Origin: Eledone cirrhosa
Lineage: Eukaryota
DNA length: 64,000 bases
Direction: 5' to 3'
Assembly (NCBI GenBank): GCA_964016885.1
Contig: OZ024744.1
Location: 90,210,001 to 90,274,000 of the forward strand
The notes below the pieces were generated by a model, which was not told where the DNA came from, did not search any database, and saw nothing but the letters and a program-made list of their open reading frames with translations. Positions 13,859 to 27,828 of the stretch are shown here, in pieces (position 1 is the stretch's first letter; every line of letters begins with the position of its first letter). The position numbers were made by a program, and so were the translations under genes.

Positions 13859-14174
13859 TTAAATAGTTTGTTAATTTTCCTTTTTCAAATTGTTATATGA
13901 AATAAACAGTTTGTTTGTAGCTACACAAATTCAGCTGTTAAATTAGGCAAACGATATAATAAATACACAGACAAATGTTTGAAGGTTATTTTTATAACTA
14001 AAGCAGACCCCATGGATTACTATATTATTTCATCTTTAATAAACATCTCCAGCTGGATTCAAATTCTCTGAACAGAGATTTTGAGAAACATTTCTCAATA
14101 GATAGACAGTAACTCATTCAAAAGTATAAAACACAACTAGATGTATTAAAAAATACAGACATATACCTAGCCAA

Positions 14175-14425
14175 GCTTTGGGCATATGGTTAGAATGTCT
14201 CAAGAAAGAATCGCTGGGCAGATTTTACGGGTAAAACCAACCGGTAAGAGAGCCAGGAGTAGACCCTGAGCAAGATAGTTGAATAACATCCATGAGCTTG
14301 GCTGGACGCGCTTGAGGATCCAGCAGGATCAGTTGGAGATGGCTGCTTCTGACACGACCGCTGGAAGGAGTATTTGAGGACTCTGCCCCCACGACCCTCT
14401 CAGGAATAAATGGGTGAAGATGAAG
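14175..14425 (+). pseudogene. Degenerate RTE-type LINE 3' fragment
   Basis: ..GHMVRMSQERIAGQILRVKPTGKRARSRP.. resembles the RTE C-terminus. Confidence 0.55.
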
Positions 14426-14661
14426 GATATGTATACCTCACCTTCTCTAGTTGGGAATAATACAATTGAAACTCCCAATATCCTTCCTCCCATCTGTCAG
14501 TCAAACTTTTTGCATCTGTGGTTTCTTATATGAGCATTAGTTCTGTTACATAATTGTTTCTAACGTAGGCACAAGGCCATAAATTTTGGAGAAAAAGGGA
14601 AAGTTGATTAAATCAACCTAAGTATTTTAATGATACTTTATATTATTAACCTCTGAAAAAT

Positions 14662-14886
14662 AGCTATCATTTTTGACGGCATGGGGCCAGCTAGTCTACT
14701 AATATAATAACCATGTATATTTGTCTGTAACGCAGTAGAGATGTCTGAGGAAGGAAGGGGTGATTATGTTGACTGAGGAAGGAAGGGGTGATTACATTGA
14801 CTGAGGAAGGACAAACATCTCTTTTTTTATATTATGTATAAATATTACAATTAGCCGTCATTTTTGACGGCACAGGGCCGTATAGT
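14662..14886 (+). mobile_element. Mini-Helitron(s) with head-to-tail junction
   Basis: Hairpin + CTAG (14691-14694) directly followed by TCTACTAATATATAA start; second gccgtcatttttgacggc hairpin near 14854. Confidence 0.55.
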
Positions 14887-15095
14887 TACATAATGATTAT
14901 CTAAATAACCAGTAGAAATAGTCATGGCTTCTATATTATCTGGAATTTTCTTTACTGCTATGATTTTTTGTGCATGTGTTACTCTACACATTGTACTCAT
15001 TTGTTGTGTTTAATTTTGATCTGCATCATCATCATAACCACTGTTTAACCCTTTAGCATTTAAACCGGCCATATCCGACCAGAATTCTTTACAGT

Positions 15096-15298
15096 TAGGC
15101 GTGCAGACAGACAGTCGTGCAGAGAGGTGATATACGCGTGCAGACAGACAGTCGTGCAGAGAGGTGATATAGGCGTGCAGACAGACAGTCGTGCAGAGAG
15201 GTGATATAGGCGTGCAGACAGACAGTCGTGCAGAGAGGTGATATAGGCGTGCAGACAGACAGTCGTGCAGAGAGGTGATATAGGCGTGCAGACAGACA
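15096..15298. repeat. 37-bp minisatellite, ~5.5 copies
   Basis: Unit taggcgtgcagacagacagtcgtgcagagaggtgata. Confidence 0.95.
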
Positions 15299-15299
15299 T

Positions 15300-15604
15300 A
15301 ACTGATAATTTGGTTACGCTAATGTTTTTCTCTGCGTTGCAGTGTTTACATTTTCGATCTTTGTTAATAAATAACCAGTGCAGTTTCTATCCCCAGCATC
15401 CTCTTTTGTTATAACATTCGGGTTATCGTTATGTTTTCTTAACTTCATAAGGCATATTGTTGGTTGAGGGAATATTAATCAAAAACACCACATGCAAGTC
15501 TGCACAGTAGACACTACAGTTTTTAAGCCAAGAAAGAAACTTAACATTGTAACTTTAACACAGCTACTGAGCGACCCCGAGCAACGCCGGGCTTTACTGC
15601 TAGT
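15300..15604 (+). mobile_element. Helitron 3' portion
   Basis: cccgagcaacgccggg hairpin + ctgCTAG|T, same terminus as the 10232 element. Confidence 0.65.
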
Positions 15605-15726
15605 ATATAATATATATATAATATATATATAATATATATATAATATATATATAATATATATATAATATATATATAATATATATATAATATATATATAATA
15701 TATATATAATATATATATAATATATA

Positions 15727-16820
15727 TCATCATCATCATCATCACCGTTTTACGTCCATTCTTCCACGCTAGCATGGGTTAGACGGGTTGTCCTGTTGTG
15801 GGCAGTGTCTGGTCGGCTGACCATGCCTTGCTCATACAGGAACTGATCTGGCTTGATTTCTACAGCTGGATGCCCTTCCTAACACCAACCTCATTTACAG
15901 TGAGTGCTGGGTGCTTTTTCGTGGCGCCTACACGTCCACTTTACAGTGTGGGCTGGGTGCTTTTTTGCTGTGGCACCTCCACGACCACCTTGCGGTGGGG
16001 GGGGGGGGGAGGCATATTGTTTATATGCTTCAGCATGTACCCATGGGAGGTCGGGTACCCTGTATTACTGCGTGACGCCAGAAGTCACGGTCGTGTGTCA
16101 TTGACTTTGAGAGGTGTAGTTGGGTAAGGTCGGCTTTTATCACCTCATCCCAAGTCATCTTGGGTCTCCCCACTCCGCGGTTTCCATCAACTTCTAGTGC
16201 TCTGCACCTTTTTATGCAGCTGTCATCCTTCATACGCATCACATGTCCATACCAGCGTAACCGCCTCTCCTGCACGCAGCATTTGATTCCTCTTATGCTC
16301 AGTCTCTCTCTCAATTCATTTATGCTTTGTCGTTCACGTATATTACTGTTACACATCCATCGGAGCATGCAGGCTTCGTTTCTCTCTAATCTACGTAAGT
16401 CTTCCACCTTCAGCGCCCAGGTCTCACTACCATGCAACATCGCTGTTCGGATACACGCATCATACAGTCTGCCTTTCATTCTGAGGGAGAAGCCTTTTGC
16501 AGCTAGCAGTGGTAGTAGTTCCCTAAACTTCTTCCATCCCGTTCTTACCCTAGTTATTGTACTTTCTGAGCACCCACCTCCGTTGCTAATTCGGTCACCT
16601 AGGTAGCAGAAGCTGTCTACTGTTTCTACAGGGCCCTCCCAGAGATTGGTGGTACTTGTTTCCTGTGGCTGTTTGCTTGCTGTTTCAGCACAGCTGCTGC
16701 ATGTGAATCCTACATTCTTAATTAAGCTTCCTGAGATCCCGCTACATCTCTTGTGTACCCATTGTTTGCATTTGGGGCAAAGAATGGAGTTCCTACCTAC
16801 ACCTTTCCTACATACTGAGG
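15727..16820 (-). mobile_element. RTE-clade LINE (family B) 3' fragment
   Basis: Same translation as the 4997-5612 copy; extends further 5' into the Cys-rich finger; (CAT)n at left end. Confidence 0.93.
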
Positions 16821-16874
16821 ATATATATTATATATATATATTATATATATAATATATATATATAATATATAAAC

Positions 16875-17245
16875 ACACTCAGGTGGTGGATGGGTGCTAC
16901 ACGAGAATGCAGAGGATGGCTCTGAACATTAATCAGTATACACTGAGGATGAAAAACTCAGAGCTGTATGGGAGCATCCCAAAAGTCAGCTCAAAAGTGA
17001 CACAGAGGAGACTGAGGTTGGCTGGACATGCTCACCGACATCCAGAGTTGACATTGCACTCAGTGCTCCTGTGGGAGCCCCTACATGGACACACTAGAAG
17101 AGGAAGACCAAAGTTAACATATGTTGATGCCCTAAGGACAGACACTGGTCTGTTGGAGACGCAGGACATGGCAGTGATAATGAGGGACAGAGACCGCTGG
17201 AGAGAACTCGTCCATGGATCTCGGGAATTTTACCCGCCTTAGATA
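16875..17245 (+). mobile_element. RTE/RTEX-like LINE 3' fragment
   Basis: DGCYTRM..ELYG..RRLRLAGH..LLWEP.HG..RGRPKLTYVD. Confidence 0.75.
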
Positions 17246-17357
17246 GATAGATATATAATATATATAATATATATATAATATATATGTAATATATAATATA
17301 TATGTAATATATAATATATATATAATATATAATATATATATAATATATAATATATAT

Positions 17358-17690
17358 ATCATCATCATCATCAGGTCGAGCTTGCTCGGCCTTCTACAAC
17401 ACGTTTCCTCCATCCATCTCTGTCTCTCATAGCATTTGCCAGTTCTTCCGCAGTGCATCCAGTATCGTCCTCAAGTTGCTTGACGTATGTCTTCTTGGGA
17501 CGACCAGCGTTTCTTGCTCCATGAGATGGACTCCATAACAACACATCACCTGCTATTTCTTCCTTGCTGCACCAACAGTGGCCAGCAAATCTGAGTCTCT
17601 GTTTACGTATTGACCTGCTGATAGGTGGTATATTGCCATAGAGATATGCTCCGTGCTGCTTTAAACGTATCTTGGAGGGAACACCCAATA
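17358..17690 (-). mobile_element. RTE/RTEX-like LINE 3' fragment with 5' inversion
   Basis: Minus strand: LYGNIPPIS..RLRFAGHC..GRPKKTY plus (GAT)n tail. The upstream motif MLRAALNVSWREHP reads on the plus strand at 17646-17688. Confidence 0.75.
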
Positions 17691-19479
17691 AATATATATA
17701 TATATAATGTATATATATATATATATAATATATATAGTGGTAGAATACTGGAAGGTTATATCCATAGTGGTAGAGCACTCAGTCCATGGGACGATTTAGG
17801 TAGAAGTGGTTACACAACAGTTACTTCACCATACCGAGAACAATTGTTTTACCTTAGCGGATCCTCAGCTCGTAATGGACATGGTTATACGGAACATGAA
17901 GGACAACCGTACGAATGCGCATGCGCAGAAACGATCACTTCACACAGGCAATACTAAATTGTGTGCGAAAGTCCGAAAGTTTCTAGTTGATAAGAAAATT
18001 AGGATGTTGTTGTAATTCAATCCAGAGTTTTGTAGTTATGTAAGAGGTGTTTCCAGACGTGTGGACAACGTGTGAAGAATTCATTTCTCATGTTTAGGCA
18101 ATCACTATTGCGTAATCTCTTTAGAATATTTATTCGTTCATCAATACATAGTCCAGACGAAACATAGTTAAGACCATTAGGACCAAGTTCAACCTGCCCC
18201 AGTGGGAGAACAGCGACTCCGTAATTAAGTGGTTTAACTCCTTCAAATCTAAAAAAGTGAAGTTCACACAGTTCGTAGGGACTTTGTAGGGTGAATAAGC
18301 CGAATAAAGGGGTTGTTCGGGAGATTTGTGATCCTTGTGGTAGCTAAGTGTATGTTATGTTTATACCATTACTTATTTGTATAGGTAAGTATATATTACC
18401 TGTATGTTTTGTGGAGGTACGTATACTTTCTCATACGTATATTCGCTTGTATATGTTATGGCGTATATATTATATATTCTGGTACATGTGCATTTGGTTA
18501 TGTGTATATGCGAGTTTTGCGTCTGTGTGAGTATGCAGGTTCGTACGTATGTAGGGCGTGCGTATATGTTTACTTTGTGTTTTGGTCGACGTACGTCTGC
18601 GAATATGTGTATTTACATGTAGGTATGTCTGTGCGCGCGTTATATACGTATTTATTTATATACGTTTATTTAATTATATGTATACACACGCACACACATA
18701 TATATTTTTTTAATATATATTTTTATGTGTATTTGGTGTATACGTTCGTATGTGCGCAGGTACAGGCGTTGCGTGGGTTCTGTATGTGCGTGCGGGGTTT
18801 TTTTGTGTACGTGCTTGTATTTGTATACCTATGGCGAGTGTTTTCGCGTATGCTTGTGTATGTACGTATATAGATGCGTGTATGTATTTATTTAATTTCT
18901 TTTACCTCTGTATTTTATTTACTTTATTCTTAACTCTGAAGCGGAGAATCATTCGGTTTCCTAGTTAGAATTTTAGTCTACGACTTCAGTTATACCATTT
19001 ACATGGTTTTGTCTTTGCACGCAATTGTTCTCTCCGCCCCACATAATGACGTATTATCTTCGTTTTTTCTGTTCATTGCCTGAGAACGTCTCCATGAACC
19101 ACCTAAGAGAATATTAGTCTACGACTTCTTTTATACCATAAACGTGGTTTTGTCTTTGCGTGTAATTGTTTTCACATCACCAAACAATGACGTATTATCT
19201 TCGTTTTTTTCCGTTTTTTGCCAAAGTATCGTCTTCCTGTCTTCCTCCGGTTGCAACGTTTTTTGAAATATTTACTTCTGCGTTCACAGATTGACTTTTT
19301 TAGTTTCAGAAGATCCCGTTAAGGGTGAAAGCAGCGATTCTTTGCTTAAACTTTAATCTGTTATTTTAATATATATATATAATATATGTATATAATATAT
19401 GTATATAATATATGTATATAATATATATATATATAATATATGTATATAATATATATATGTATATATATTACAGTGAGTG

Positions 19480-19677
19480 CTGAAAAAGCACCCAGCACTC
19501 ACTGTAAATGAGGTTGGTGTTAGGAAGGGCATCCAGCTGTAGAAATCAAGCCAGATCAGTTCCTGTATGAGCAAGGCATGGTCAGCCGACCAGACACTGC
19601 CCACAACAGGACAACCCGTCTAACCCATGCTAGCGTGGAAGAACGGACGTAAAACGGTGATGATGATGATGATGATA
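19480..19677 (+). mobile_element. Short RTE family-B tail
   Basis: Identical to 5720-5913 by inspection. Confidence 0.85.
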
Positions 19678-19975
19678 TAATATATGTATATAATATATAT
19701 ATATATAATATATGTATATAATATATATATATATATATATAATATATGTATATTATATATAATATATGTATATTATATATATGTATATATATATAATATA
19801 TGTATATAATATATATATATATAATATATGTATATAATATATATATATATATATATAATATATGTATATTATATATAATATATGTATATTATATATATGT
19901 ATATATAATATATATATATTATATATATGTATATATATATAATATATATATATTATATATATGTATATATATATT

Positions 19976-22293
19976 AGGGAAGCTGAGGAAAGAAAGTTCA
20001 AGCATGTTCTACAACGCGATGACCAAAAACGTGAGGTGTTCAGGATTGCTAGGCAATGCGTCAAGGAAAACCGTGATATTGTCGGGGAGAAGTGTGTACT
20101 AAACGACGATGGCACACTTGCCATCACCGACGCTGATAAGAAGGTAGCTTGGAAGTGTCACTATGAAAGGCTTCTAAATGAGGAGAATAATTGGGAGAAA
20201 GGCAGTCTCCCCCATATCGACCCAATAGAGGGACCAGCAGTGTTAGTCGAGGGGAGTATAATAAGTAAGGCAATCAAGGATATGAAGACTGGTAAGGCGG
20301 CTGGGCCTTCGGAAATAGTTGCTGAGATGCTGAAGGCATCTGGCACGGTGGGACACACCATGGTCACCCGCATAGTTAACCAAGTCGTACAAAACGGGGT
20401 TGTTCCGAAGGACTGGCATAGCAGCATCATCGTTAACTGTTATAAGGGTAAAGGAGACGCCCTAGATAGGAGTAACTATAGAGGCATTAAATTAATCGAC
20501 CAGGTCATGAAGGTCACGGAAAGAGTAATAGCGCAGCTAATCAGAGAGAGAATTGACCTAGATGAAATGCAGTTCGGGTTTGTGTCAGGCAAAAGTACCA
20601 CAGACGCTCTTTTCATAGTACGACAACTACAAGAGAAGTACCTAGCTAAAGGTAAACCCCTCTACTTAGCTTTTGTCGACTTGGAGAAAGCCTTCGACAG
20701 AGTCCCCCGCTCCATTATCTGGTGGGCTCTTAGAAAACTAGGCGTTGACGAATGGCTTGTGAGGGCTATACAAGCCATGTATAAAGAAACAGTCAGCAAG
20801 GTTAGAATTAACAACGAATATAGTGAAGAGTTTAGCGTAAAAGTCGGCGTCCATCAGGGCTCTGTTCTCAGTCCACTACTATTTATTATTGCCCTTCAGG
20901 CCATAACAGAGGAGTTCAAGACAGGCTGCCCATGGGAACTCCTATACGCAGACGACCTGACACTCATAGCGGAATCAATGGCCGAGCTAGAGAAGAAATT
21001 CCAAACATGGAAGCACGGCCTAGAGTCAAAAGGACTTAAAATTAACCTGGCTAAGACCAAAGTACTAGTTTGTAGGAAAGAAAACAAGGCGGCGGTCCCT
21101 TCTGGGAAATGGTCGTGCTCGGTGTGTAGGAAAGGCGTAGGTAGAAACTCCATTTTATGTCCTAAATGCAAAGTATGGGTGCATAAAAGATGTAGTGGGA
21201 TCACAGGTAGGCTAACTAAGAACATAGATTTTACATGTGGCCGGTGCTCTGGTGCAATAAGTAGCAGCAAGTGCCCACAAACTACTAGCTCTTTCAATTG
21301 CGCAGAGGGTTCTATAGAAATAGTGGACAGCTTCCGTTACCTGGGCGATAAAATCAGCAGTGGGGGAGGGTGCTCTGAAAGTACTGTAGCTAGAGTCAGA
21401 ACTGGTTGGAAAAAGTTCAGAGAGCTTATACCACTATTAGCTGCTAAAGGGTTCTCACTAAAAATGAAAGGCAGGTTGTACGATGCCTGCATACGAACAG
21501 CAATGCTGCATGGCAGTGAGACCTGGGCATTGTGTGCAGAGGATATACGCAGACTAGAGAGGAACGAAGCTTGCATGCTCCGCTGGATGTGTAACAGTAA
21601 TATACGTGAACGGCAAAGCATAAACGAACTAAGGAATAAATTAGAGATAAGAGGGATCAGATGTTGTTTACTCGAGAGAAGGCTACGTTGGTATGGACAC
21701 GTGATGCGCATGAAAGTCGATAGCTGTATAACAAAGTGCAGGGCAATAAAGATAGACGGTAGTCACGGAATAGGCAGACCTAGAAAAACCTGGGACGAGC
21801 TGATAAACTCCGACATCACACACTTACACCTCTCCAAGACAATGTCACTGGACCGAGACCTTTGGCGGTACTCAGTAACAGAGAAGACCCGCCTTACCTA
21901 AATATATAGTAAAACCTACTCCAGCCAGTAGGCATCTCTAACAAATACACCCCGTCCCACCACCCCCACCCGATCCACACCACCCCGTTCTATGTAAAGT
22001 TATGTTGGTGCCGCGCCATCGAGGCCGAAACAAATGAGATCGTGTAGGTGTCACGACAAAAAAACACACAGTCCACGCTGTAATGTGGCCGTGTAGGCAA
22101 CACGGTAAAAACCTCCCAGACCCGCACTGTAAATGTGGTTGGTGTTAGGAAGGGCATCCAACTGTAGAAAACCTGCCAGACAGTCCTATGCGAGCAAGAC
22201 AATCACTCTTGCCTCAAGTGGGACTACCCCCGTCCAAACCCATGCAAGCGTGGAACACGGACGTTAAACGCTGATGATGATGATGATGATGAT
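19976..22293 (+). mobile_element. RTE-clade LINE (family C), 5'-truncated, uninterrupted ~640-codon RT ORF to 21901, 3'UTR and (GAT)n tail
   Basis: DLEKAFD, QGSVLSPLLF, YADD, C4HC3 finger, RLRWYGHV; (TA)n on both flanks. Confidence 0.95.
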
Positions 22294-22699
22294 ATATATA
22301 TTATATATATGTATATATATAATATATATATCTTCCTGTCTTCCTCCGGTTGCAACATTTTTTGAAATATCCAGTTCTGCATTTACAGATTGACTTTGTT
22401 AGTTTCAGAAGATCCCGTTAAGGGTGAAAGCAGCGATTCTTTGCTTAAACTTTAATTTGTTATTTTAATAAATATTTGCTCTACGGTTCTTATATATTTG
22501 ATATATATTTTCCTTATCGAACCCTCTTTGGATTTTAGTCTTCAATTTTATTATTATTACTATATTGTATATATAATATATATAGGGAAAAGCCCCGTCC
22601 AAACCCATGCAAGCGTGCAATATGGACGTTAAACGATGATGATGATGATGATATAATATATATATTATATATATAATATATATATATAATATATATATA

Positions 22700-24785
22700 A
22701 CTTCTTATTAGTTAGGCAGTGGGACAGGCAGATGGTGTCAAATACCAAGGCAAACCCTGGGGAAGAATGTACCACACAGCATAGGTTAGTCGTTAGTGAT
22801 ATCTCAGTAAGCAAGAGATGGAATGAGACATACAGGACGGTGTGGAGAAGAAAGGTCTGGAAGCTAAAAGATTTAGAGATGTATGACATAGATAATAACT
22901 GGAATTTCTTACGTGACAACTTATTGCAAGCTACTGATGAAACTTGTTGCTGGAGCAGAGCTCCAACCAGACAGAGAGTGACCTGGTGGTGGAACAGCAC
23001 AGTACATAAGGCCATTACAGACAAAAGACTAGCATGGAGGGCTTGGAAAAAGGGTGGGAGTAGAGAAGGATATACAGCCGCTAAGAGAGAAGTTAGACGT
23101 CAGGTGTACTTAGCATGCAGGGAGGCTGAGAGTAGGAGGTTTGCCAATGTTCTGCGACGGGAAGATCAGAGGCGTGCGGTGTTCCACATTGCAAGGCAAT
23201 GTGTCAATGCAAATCAGGATGTTGTTGGAGATAAATGTGTCCGGAATGATCCCGGTGTACTTAGTGTGACGAATGATCAGAAAAAAGAGGCCTGGAAATG
23301 TCATTATGAGAGACTGATGAATGTGGAGAACGAATGGAAGAGAGAGAAATTACCCTCAGTAGATCCGACAGAGGGACCAGCTATTGAGATTGACAAATAT
23401 AGGGTCCAAGAGGCGATTAAGGAAATGAAAAATGGTAAGGCTGCTGGACCGTTGGGGATAGTTGCTGAGATGCTGAAGGCATCAGGGGACGTAGGCACTA
23501 AACTGGTTGCATGCATCATCAATCAGGCTATATATGGTGGTGTCATACCCAAAGACTGGTGCAGCAGTATTCTCATAAATTGCTACAAAGGTAAAGGGGA
23601 TGTTCTGGAGAGGAGCAATTATAGGGGTTTAAAACTGATGGATCAGGTTATGAAAGTGGCAGAAAGGATATTAGCACAACTAATTAGAGAAAGGGTCCAA
23701 ATAGATGAGATGCAGTTTGGTTTTGTGCCTGGGAAAAGTACAATAGATACCCTCTTCTTGGTGAGACAATTACAAGAGAGGTTTTTGGAGAAGAATAAGC
23801 CACTATACTTAGCCTTTGTTGACCTAAAGAAAGCCTTTGATAGGGTACCCTGATCTGTCATCTGGAGGTCCCTATGGAAACTAGGTGTTGAGGAATGGCT
23901 CGTGGGGACAGTGCAAACTTTGTCAGTAAAGTCAGGGTAGGAATGGAGTTTAGTGAGGAATTCCAGATACAAGTAGGAGTACATCAAAGTTCGGTCCTCA
24001 GCCTAGTCTTGTTCATTATAGTCCTCCAAACCAGAATAGAGGAGTTTAAGACTGGCTGTCCATGGGAACTTCTCTATGCTGACGATCTGGTTCTTATAGC
24101 AGAATCAGTAGAGGAGCTAGAGAATAAATTCTGGCTATGGAAACAACAATTGGAAGCAAGAGGACTGAGAGTGAACCTAGCTAAGACAAAAGTGTTGATG
24201 AGTAGAAAAGAGGACAAAACTCTGATTCCATCAGGGAAATGGCCATGTTCGATATGCAGAAAAGCAACTGGCATAAATTCTATAAAATGCACACAAGGCA
24301 GATATTGGGTACACAAGATGTAGTGGGATAGCAGGCAAACTAACAGGTAGGGAGAAATATGTATGCAGTAGATGTACAGGGAAATTAGACAGTAGAAGTC
24401 GCATTGATAGACACAGGTGGGTGCTATAGAAGTGGTGGATAGCTTCCGGTACCTAGGAGATCAGATTAGCATGGGAGGGGGGTATGCCGAGGCCATAGTA
24501 CCTAGAATAAGGACGGGTTGGAAGAAGTTTAGGGAGCTGCTTCCTCTGCTGATGAAGAAGGGTTTCTCCCTGCGTACGAAAGGCCAGTTATATGATGCCT
24601 GTGTGAAGAGCGCGATGCTGCATGGTAGTGAGACATGGGCAGCAACTGCAGAGGATATGCGACAGCTGGAGAGAAATGAGACAAGCATGCTCCGTTGGAT
24701 GTGCAATGTCAATGTGCGTAAACGACCCAGCATGAATGTGTTGAGAGAACAACTGTGTCTGAGAGGGATAGAATGTAGTGTGCGA
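22700..24785 (+). pseudogene. RTE family-A LINE, degenerate (stops/frameshifts); includes APE C-terminal motif; 3'-truncated
   Basis: ECTTQHRLVV (end of APE); ORFs 22732-23853, 23895-24323 and 24417-24785 are highly similar to 2951-4699. Confidence 0.9.
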
Positions 24786-25588
24786 CCTCATCGGGGAAAA
24801 ACTGCATGCCTGGATAATATGTAAAGAAAATAAACCAAATACTCTGATGGCTGGTTAATCTTTAAGATTTTCCTCGATGAAGCAGGAAAAATGCAGGTTT
24901 TCACCTAATGCGGGCCCTAGGGGATCAAGGAAATGAATTTTTTTTATGTGCATAATATGCCTTGAAATTTCGGGAAAATCGGCTAGACGTAACGCCTCCG
25001 AAAAGCCCTAAGAAGCTGAAAAAATGAAGTTTTTTACCTAATGCGGGCCCTAGGCCATAAGAAAGTTGGATTTCCTTTGCTCACTGTATGAAGAAGAGAC
25101 TAACTAATACATAGTTACAATTTCAAGGAAATCGGTCTGATGTAACGCCTCAAAAAACCTTTAAATCTTTAAAAACGCAGTTTTTCACCTAATGAGATAA
25201 AAAAAAAAGGTTGAATGTAAAGTTTGAAAAAAATTGGTTGGGTACTTCTCGAGTTTTAGGGATTCAAACTCACACACACATACACATCCTCAGGGAAGTG
25301 ATGTAATGCAGACAGACATACAGACAGATATTATAGGGGTGCAACGTTATATGTATGTATCTATCTAAAAAGAGAAAGACTAAGAATTATAGAGGAAGAT
25401 TGCTAAATTGCCTAATGCGGTCCCTAGGGCATTGAAAATTTGAATTTTTTTTTGCTCAGAACACCTCCCTGAAACATAAGTATTACATGTGTAAAGTTTG
25501 AAAACAGTCGGTTGGGTGGTTTTCGAGTTTTAGGGATTCAAACTCACACACACACAGACAGACATCCTCAGTTTTATATATATAGATA
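24786..25588 (-). mobile_element. Helitron-like 5' portion interrupting the LINE
   Basis: Ends ..gttttatatatatagat; shares the cctaatgcggtccctagggc / aagtttgaaaa..ggttggg blocks with 11080-11230. Confidence 0.6.
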
Positions 25589-25693
25589 ATATATATTTTA
25601 TATATATATATATATAAATATATTATATATATATATATATTATATATATTATATATATATTATATATATTATTTATATATATTATATATATAT

Positions 25694-27433
25694 ACTAGCT
25701 GAGGTACCCAGCTTTGCCAGGGTTAACAAATGATAAGAGAAGACCGGCAGAAGAGAAAACATCTGTATTGAATGCACTGTCTTGTTTACAGTGTGTGTGT
25801 AGTGTGTTGTATGTTTGTGTGTGTTTGTGTATATATATGTGTGTGTGCCTGTGTGAGTGTTCGTGTGTGTGCGTGTGAGTGTGTGTAAACCATCGTTGGA
25901 ATCGGAGACGAAGCACGAATCGGCTGCGAAACACGATCATCACTGACAACGAACTCGAGAGAGAATCCCTTATGGTTGATTCCCAACCCGGTAGAAATAG
26001 CAGTCAGGTTGGTTAGCATACATGGTATGTCTTTCTTCTTCCTTGGTGTTATAAAATTAGTATCAATAAACTTTCCTGGATATATTTTTATCCCAATCCT
26101 GTACATACTTTCCGATTGTCACTGCGTTTTTTTCGTGTGATACGCGAAGGAACCAACCAACAAACATCTCTCTTTTATATCTTCATTCAAAATATTTTTC
26201 AACTAATTCTGTCATACAATATACATCAGCAATTGTTATCTAATGTTTAAAACATATGAATAGCTGCGATATATCCACCATATCATTTAAAAACGATATG
26301 AGAATTGAATACCATACTAAAACGCCAGTAAGCTTGCTAAGAACCTGCAGATAGAAATGTTAATAAATACATTTGGCTTGGGTAAACTTTAAGATGTTCT
26401 TTCATTGTAGGTTTCTTTTCTCAGCCAGTACGTTAAAGAAAATTGATAGCTAGAACAATAAAGGTGGAACAGAGAACAAATTTTTTAACAAACTTTACAA
26501 TAATTTGTACAACCATAATGGAAATTCAAGTAACAGAAAATACATAAATTACATTGTTTGAGCCTCAGAGTATACAATATTTTTTGTTCGGCTCTCAGGA
26601 GCAAAGATGAAGTGATTGTTTGGTGAGCTCACCCTAGAGCATCCTACATACAATTGACCATGGTTTTCCCAGATGAAGGCCAGCCACATTTAGGGTTTGA
26701 CCCTGAGCTTTGTTGATGGTAATCGCAAAGCTTAGTCTCTCTGTTGCTCTAGTAACATTTTTTGTTCTGGAAAATCTGATCTTGTGGCCAGGCTAAGACT
26801 TTTTGGGTGGCATATCGGCAGTAACAATGAGGATAAGCCATCTGTGCTTTCGTGAAATAAATACGTTCGTTATAACATTTTTTCTTTTGGAAAATCTGAT
26901 CTTGTGCCCAGGCTAGGACTTTTTGGGTGGCTGTCGGCAGTAACAATGACGATAAGCCGTCTGTGCTTTTGTGAAATAAATACGTTTATTTATATTTTGT
27001 TTTTGTGTATGCAAAAAGATCTGTACACGAATATATAATTATATATATATTAAAATAACAGATTAAAGTTTAAGCAAAGAATCGCTGCTTTCATCCTTAA
27101 TGGGATCTTCTGAAACTAAAAAAATCAATCTGTGAACGCAGAAGTAAATATTTAAAAAAACGTTGCAACCGAAAGACAACAGGAAGATGATACTTTGGTT
27201 TGTGAAGACATTAGGAATGTCGTATAACCGGAAGTGTTGACATTTGAAAATTTTAAAGAAGTGAATATTTAAATAATGTCTTTAATCTTTTAACAAAATT
27301 CAGTAGACAAAAATACCTTCACTTTCTTACTTGGAAAAAGTTACATCCATGGTGCAAATTTGGTGCCATTTGTTCCAGCTGCTTGGCGGAAAGTTTGTTA
27401 GTTACATACGCCCGTCAGCTTTATAGTATAGAT
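25694..27433 (-). mobile_element. Non-autonomous Helitron retaining RepHel helicase C-terminus
   Basis: Minus 3' end hairpin + CTAG|T at 25694; 5' ATCTATACTATAAAG. 26549-26740 encodes RLSFAITINKAQGQTL..HGQLYVGCSRV..TKNIVYSE (PIF1 motifs V/VI). Confidence 0.85.
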
Positions 27434-27780
27434 ATATATATATATTATATATAAATTAATAAAAATAATGAAATAAAAACAAAGAACAAGTTCCTTATAT
27501 TAAAAAATTCATCATTTTACAGTCGTTTCTGGGATGTATATGTGTGTTGGTATGTATATCATATAGATCTATGTAAAAATATTACAAATTATCAGAGGAA
27601 ATATACATACCTTCACATATACATACCGTCCTCAGAAATGTTATTATATATATATATTATATATATATATTATATATGTATATATTATATATATATATTA
27701 TATATATATATTATATATATATTATATATATATATATATAACCTATGCTAGCATGGAAGATAGACGTTAAACGATGATGA

Positions 27781-27828
<48 letters not shown>

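Noticed and set aside
15060-15299. Repetitive Cys/His-containing 79-aa ORF
   Set aside because: Translation of a 37-bp minisatellite.
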